Of a stretch of DNA of 1,090 nt, positions 1-1,090 are shown piece after piece. Positions within the stretch are counted from its first letter, which is position 1; the number at the start of each line of letters is the position of its first letter. Both the position numbers and the translations under genes were made by a program. Where the stretch lies: assembly GCA_000004985.1 (NCBI GenBank), contig GG739567.1; one strand, given 5' to 3'. The notes under the pieces were generated by a model that was not told where the DNA came from, did no database searches, and saw nothing but the letters and a program-made list of their open reading frames with translations. This DNA comes from Naegleria gruberi (taxonomy: Eukaryota).

Positions 1-48
1 TAAATCATACTGATCATTATATGCATATGTGGTACAGTACTTGGATGC
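1..48 (-). other. Tyr-rich segment distal to the last recognisable blade (aa 348-363, SKYCTTYAYNDQYDL). It may be a linker or the start of the next domain; the reading frame continues past the window edge.
   Basis: This segment follows the degenerate unit ending NYYILKA. It lacks the Gly-rich loop and the N-x-R-I-R-K-V signature. The frame stays open to position 1. Confidence 0.35.
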
Positions 49-1090
49 TTTCAAAATATAATAGTTATCATTTGTAAAATACAAATCTCCATTTGATGCA
101 ATTGCCAAAGACTGTGGTAGACCTGTTGATACAATTTTTGCATCACCATTGGTTGTAAATATCCCAACCCCAACTACTGTTACATCAGATAATGAACCAT
201 CAAGACCAATTTTACGAATTTTTCTGCAAATTTGGTCTGTATAAAACAATTCCCCTTTTTGGTTAAAAACAATACTAAGCGGTTCCATATTGGCTGTTCT
301 AGCCACTGTTTGAATACTCAAGCAACTGCGTACCCCAGTACCTCCCACAACTATCACATTGTTATACACTTTACGAATTCTATAACTGTCATCAGAAAAA
401 TAAAGTGTTCCATTAAATATTGTTACAAAAAGTGGTTTACCAATATTGGTAGATAATGGTTCCAATTCTCCGTTATATGTGGAACTTCCTGTACCAACCA
501 CTGTTGAAATATAACCATTGGTATCAACCTTTCTAATTCTATAATTATCAGTATCAGTAAAATAAATATCACCTGAATCTGCACAATAAACACTTCGAGG
601 ATTATTCAATAGAACAGTATTTGAGGTTGATAATTGTCCATCACCACCATATCCAGCTGTACCTGTACCTGCTAGTGTTGTAATAATACCACTTGATGAA
701 ACTTTCCTTAAACGATTGTTATTCGTTTCAGCAATAATTAGCTCATTATATTTAGTATAGCAAAAACCATAAGGATTAATAAGTTTGGCACTTGTAGCAG
801 GTCCACCATCACCACTAGAAACATAATTCAAATTTAAAGAACCAGCAATGGTGGAAACAATACCATTTACAGCAACCTTTCTAATTCTATGATTATAGAC
901 ATCCGCAATAACTAATTCTCCCAAAGAATTGAAAGCAATGTGTTGTAGATAATCAAATTTTGCCACTGTAACATTTTCATTATCACCACAAAATGCTTGA
1001 CTCATCGTACCAGCATAAGTATTCAAATAACCATTCGAATCTAATCTACGAATTCTAGGAATATCATTTTCGGTAAAGAACAACTCACCA
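1..1090 (-). CDS. Internal fragment (partial at both ends) of a large NHL-repeat beta-propeller protein. The frame has codon ends at + position 1 and codon starts at + position 1089, and is open for all 363 codons.
   Basis: I reverse-complemented the window and translated it codon by codon. The translation is GELFFTENDIPRIRRLDSNGYLNTYAGTMSQAFCGDNENVTVAKFDYLQHIAFNSLGELVIADVYNHRIRKVAVNGIVSTIAGSLNLNYVSSGDGGPATSAKLINPYGFCYTKYNELIIAETNNNRLRKVSSSGIITTLAGTGTAGYGGDGQLSTSNTVLLNNPRSVYCADSGDIYFTDTDNYRIRKVDTNGYISTVVGTGSSTYNGELEPLSTNIGKPLFVTIFNGTLYFSDDSYRIRKVYNNVIVVGGTGVRSCLSIQTVARTANMEPLSIVFNQKGELFYTDQICRKIRKIGLDGSLSDVTVVGVGIFTTNGDAKIVSTGLPQSLAIASNGDLYFTNDNYYILKASKYCTTYAYNDQYDL. There is no in-frame stop in 363 codons of roughly 33% GC DNA; random sequence of this composition would show a stop roughly every 15-20 codons. 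The repeated NHL signature (Gly-rich loop + Y-x-[AT]-D-x-x-N-x-R-I-R-K-V) gives the product call. The internal Met codons (M29 = + 1003-1005, M268 = + 286-288) sit inside blades and are not plausible starts. Confidence 0.88.
49..1089 (-). repeat. Protein-level tandem array of NHL/beta-propeller blades. In + coordinates: partial blade 1042-1089, B1 874-1041 (56 aa), B2 700-873 (58 aa), B3 526-699 (58 aa), B4 367-525 (53 aa), B5 208-366 (53 aa), B6 49-207 (53 aa, degenerate).
   Basis: Each unit ends in the strand-motif: PRIRRL (aa 11-16), ELVIADVYNHRIRKV (58-72), ELIIAETNNNRLRKV (116-130), DIYFTDTDNYRIRKV (174-188), TLYFSDDSYRIRKV (228-241), ELFYTDQICRKIRKI (280-294), DLYFTNDNYYILKA (335-347). 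Motif-to-motif spacing is 56, 58, 58, 53, 53, 53 aa, which is 168/174/174/159/159/159 nt. Each unit begins with x-x-N/D-G-x-[IL]-[ST]-T-[IVL]-[AV]-G-x-G and carries a Gly-rich loop. Nucleotide identity between units is low apart from the conserved-motif codons. This is ancient blade repetition, not a DNA satellite. Confidence 0.8.

Noticed and set aside
375-380. Recurrent EcoRI sites (GAATTC at + 375-380 and + 1050-1055) and related palindromes, considered as a possible restriction-site pattern or inverted-repeat signal.
   Set aside because: They fall exactly on the codons aga-att-cgt encoding the conserved R-I-R of the blade motif. They are a by-product of codon choice for a repeated peptide motif, not an independent DNA-level signal.
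232-456. Plus-strand 74-aa ORF from the supplied track (MVCIKQFPFLVKNNTKRFHIGCSSHCLNTQATAYPSTSHNYHIVIHFTNSITVIRKIKCSIKYCYKKWFTNIGR).
   Set aside because: It lies entirely antisense to, and inside, the 363-codon minus-strand NHL-repeat frame. Its peptide is low-complexity with no recognisable motif, and there is no ribosome-binding-site-like purine run upstream of its ATG. Such shadow ORFs are expected opposite a long AT-rich coding frame. I call it spurious.
49-1089. The about 160-175-nt periodicity, considered as a possible CRISPR array, satellite or other DNA tandem repeat.
   Set aside because: The units differ in length (159 vs 174 nt) and share little nucleotide identity outside a few motif codons. 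There are no alternating conserved-repeat/unique-spacer blocks. The periodicity is fully explained at the protein level by propeller blades in one continuous reading frame.
49-1089. Alternative repeat-family assignments for the blades: WD40, Kelch, YVTN/PQQ, LDL-receptor YWTD, SMP-30/gluconolactonase.
   Set aside because: The blades lack the WD dipeptide, Kelch double-Gly/Tyr-Trp pattern and the YWTD motif. The combination of a G-x-G-x-x-G-x-x-G-D-G-G-x-A loop followed by Y-[FI]-[AT]-D-x-x-N-x-R-I-R-K-[VI] at about 53-58-aa spacing is the NHL-repeat signature. Only a profile-HMM search could formally exclude the related gluconolactonase/strictosidine-synthase-like propellers, so this stays a confident but unverified family call.
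1-1090. AT-rich stretches (e.g. + 236-275, 398-430, 555-575), considered as promoters, terminators or an origin-like region.
   Set aside because: The whole window is interior coding sequence of one gene and the AT-richness is uniform across it. There is no GC-rich stem followed by a T-run characteristic of an intrinsic terminator. No intergenic space exists within the window.
1-1090. Possibility that the region is a pseudogene or frame-shifted remnant.
   Set aside because: A single frame remains open across all 363 codons and the repeat signature stays in that frame throughout. Nothing in the window suggests disruption.

Overview
The whole 1090-nt window lies inside one long minus-strand coding sequence. 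The reverse strand, in the frame whose codons end exactly at + position 1, translates to 363 codons with no stop. The supplied ORF track omitted it because the frame is open at both window edges, with no start or stop inside. The protein is a tandem array of about 53-58-aa units with the NHL-repeat (six-bladed beta-propeller type) signature. A Gly-rich loop (e.g. LAGTGTAGYGGDGQLSTS...LNNPRSV) is followed by the strand motif D-I-Y-F-T-D-x-x-N-x-R-I-R-K-V. The signature recurs 7 times: one partial unit, five canonical blades and one degenerate closing unit. The only ORF in the supplied track (+232..456) is an antisense shadow of this gene. There are no RNA genes, CRISPR arrays, mobile-element ends, promoters or terminators in the window. 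The DNA is AT-rich (roughly one-third GC) with GGT/AGA/ATT/CCT-biased codons. The visible sequence is consistent with a large secreted/surface or multidomain beta-propeller protein. Any larger system this gene belongs to cannot be judged from this window: the fused domains and the neighbouring genes lie outside it.
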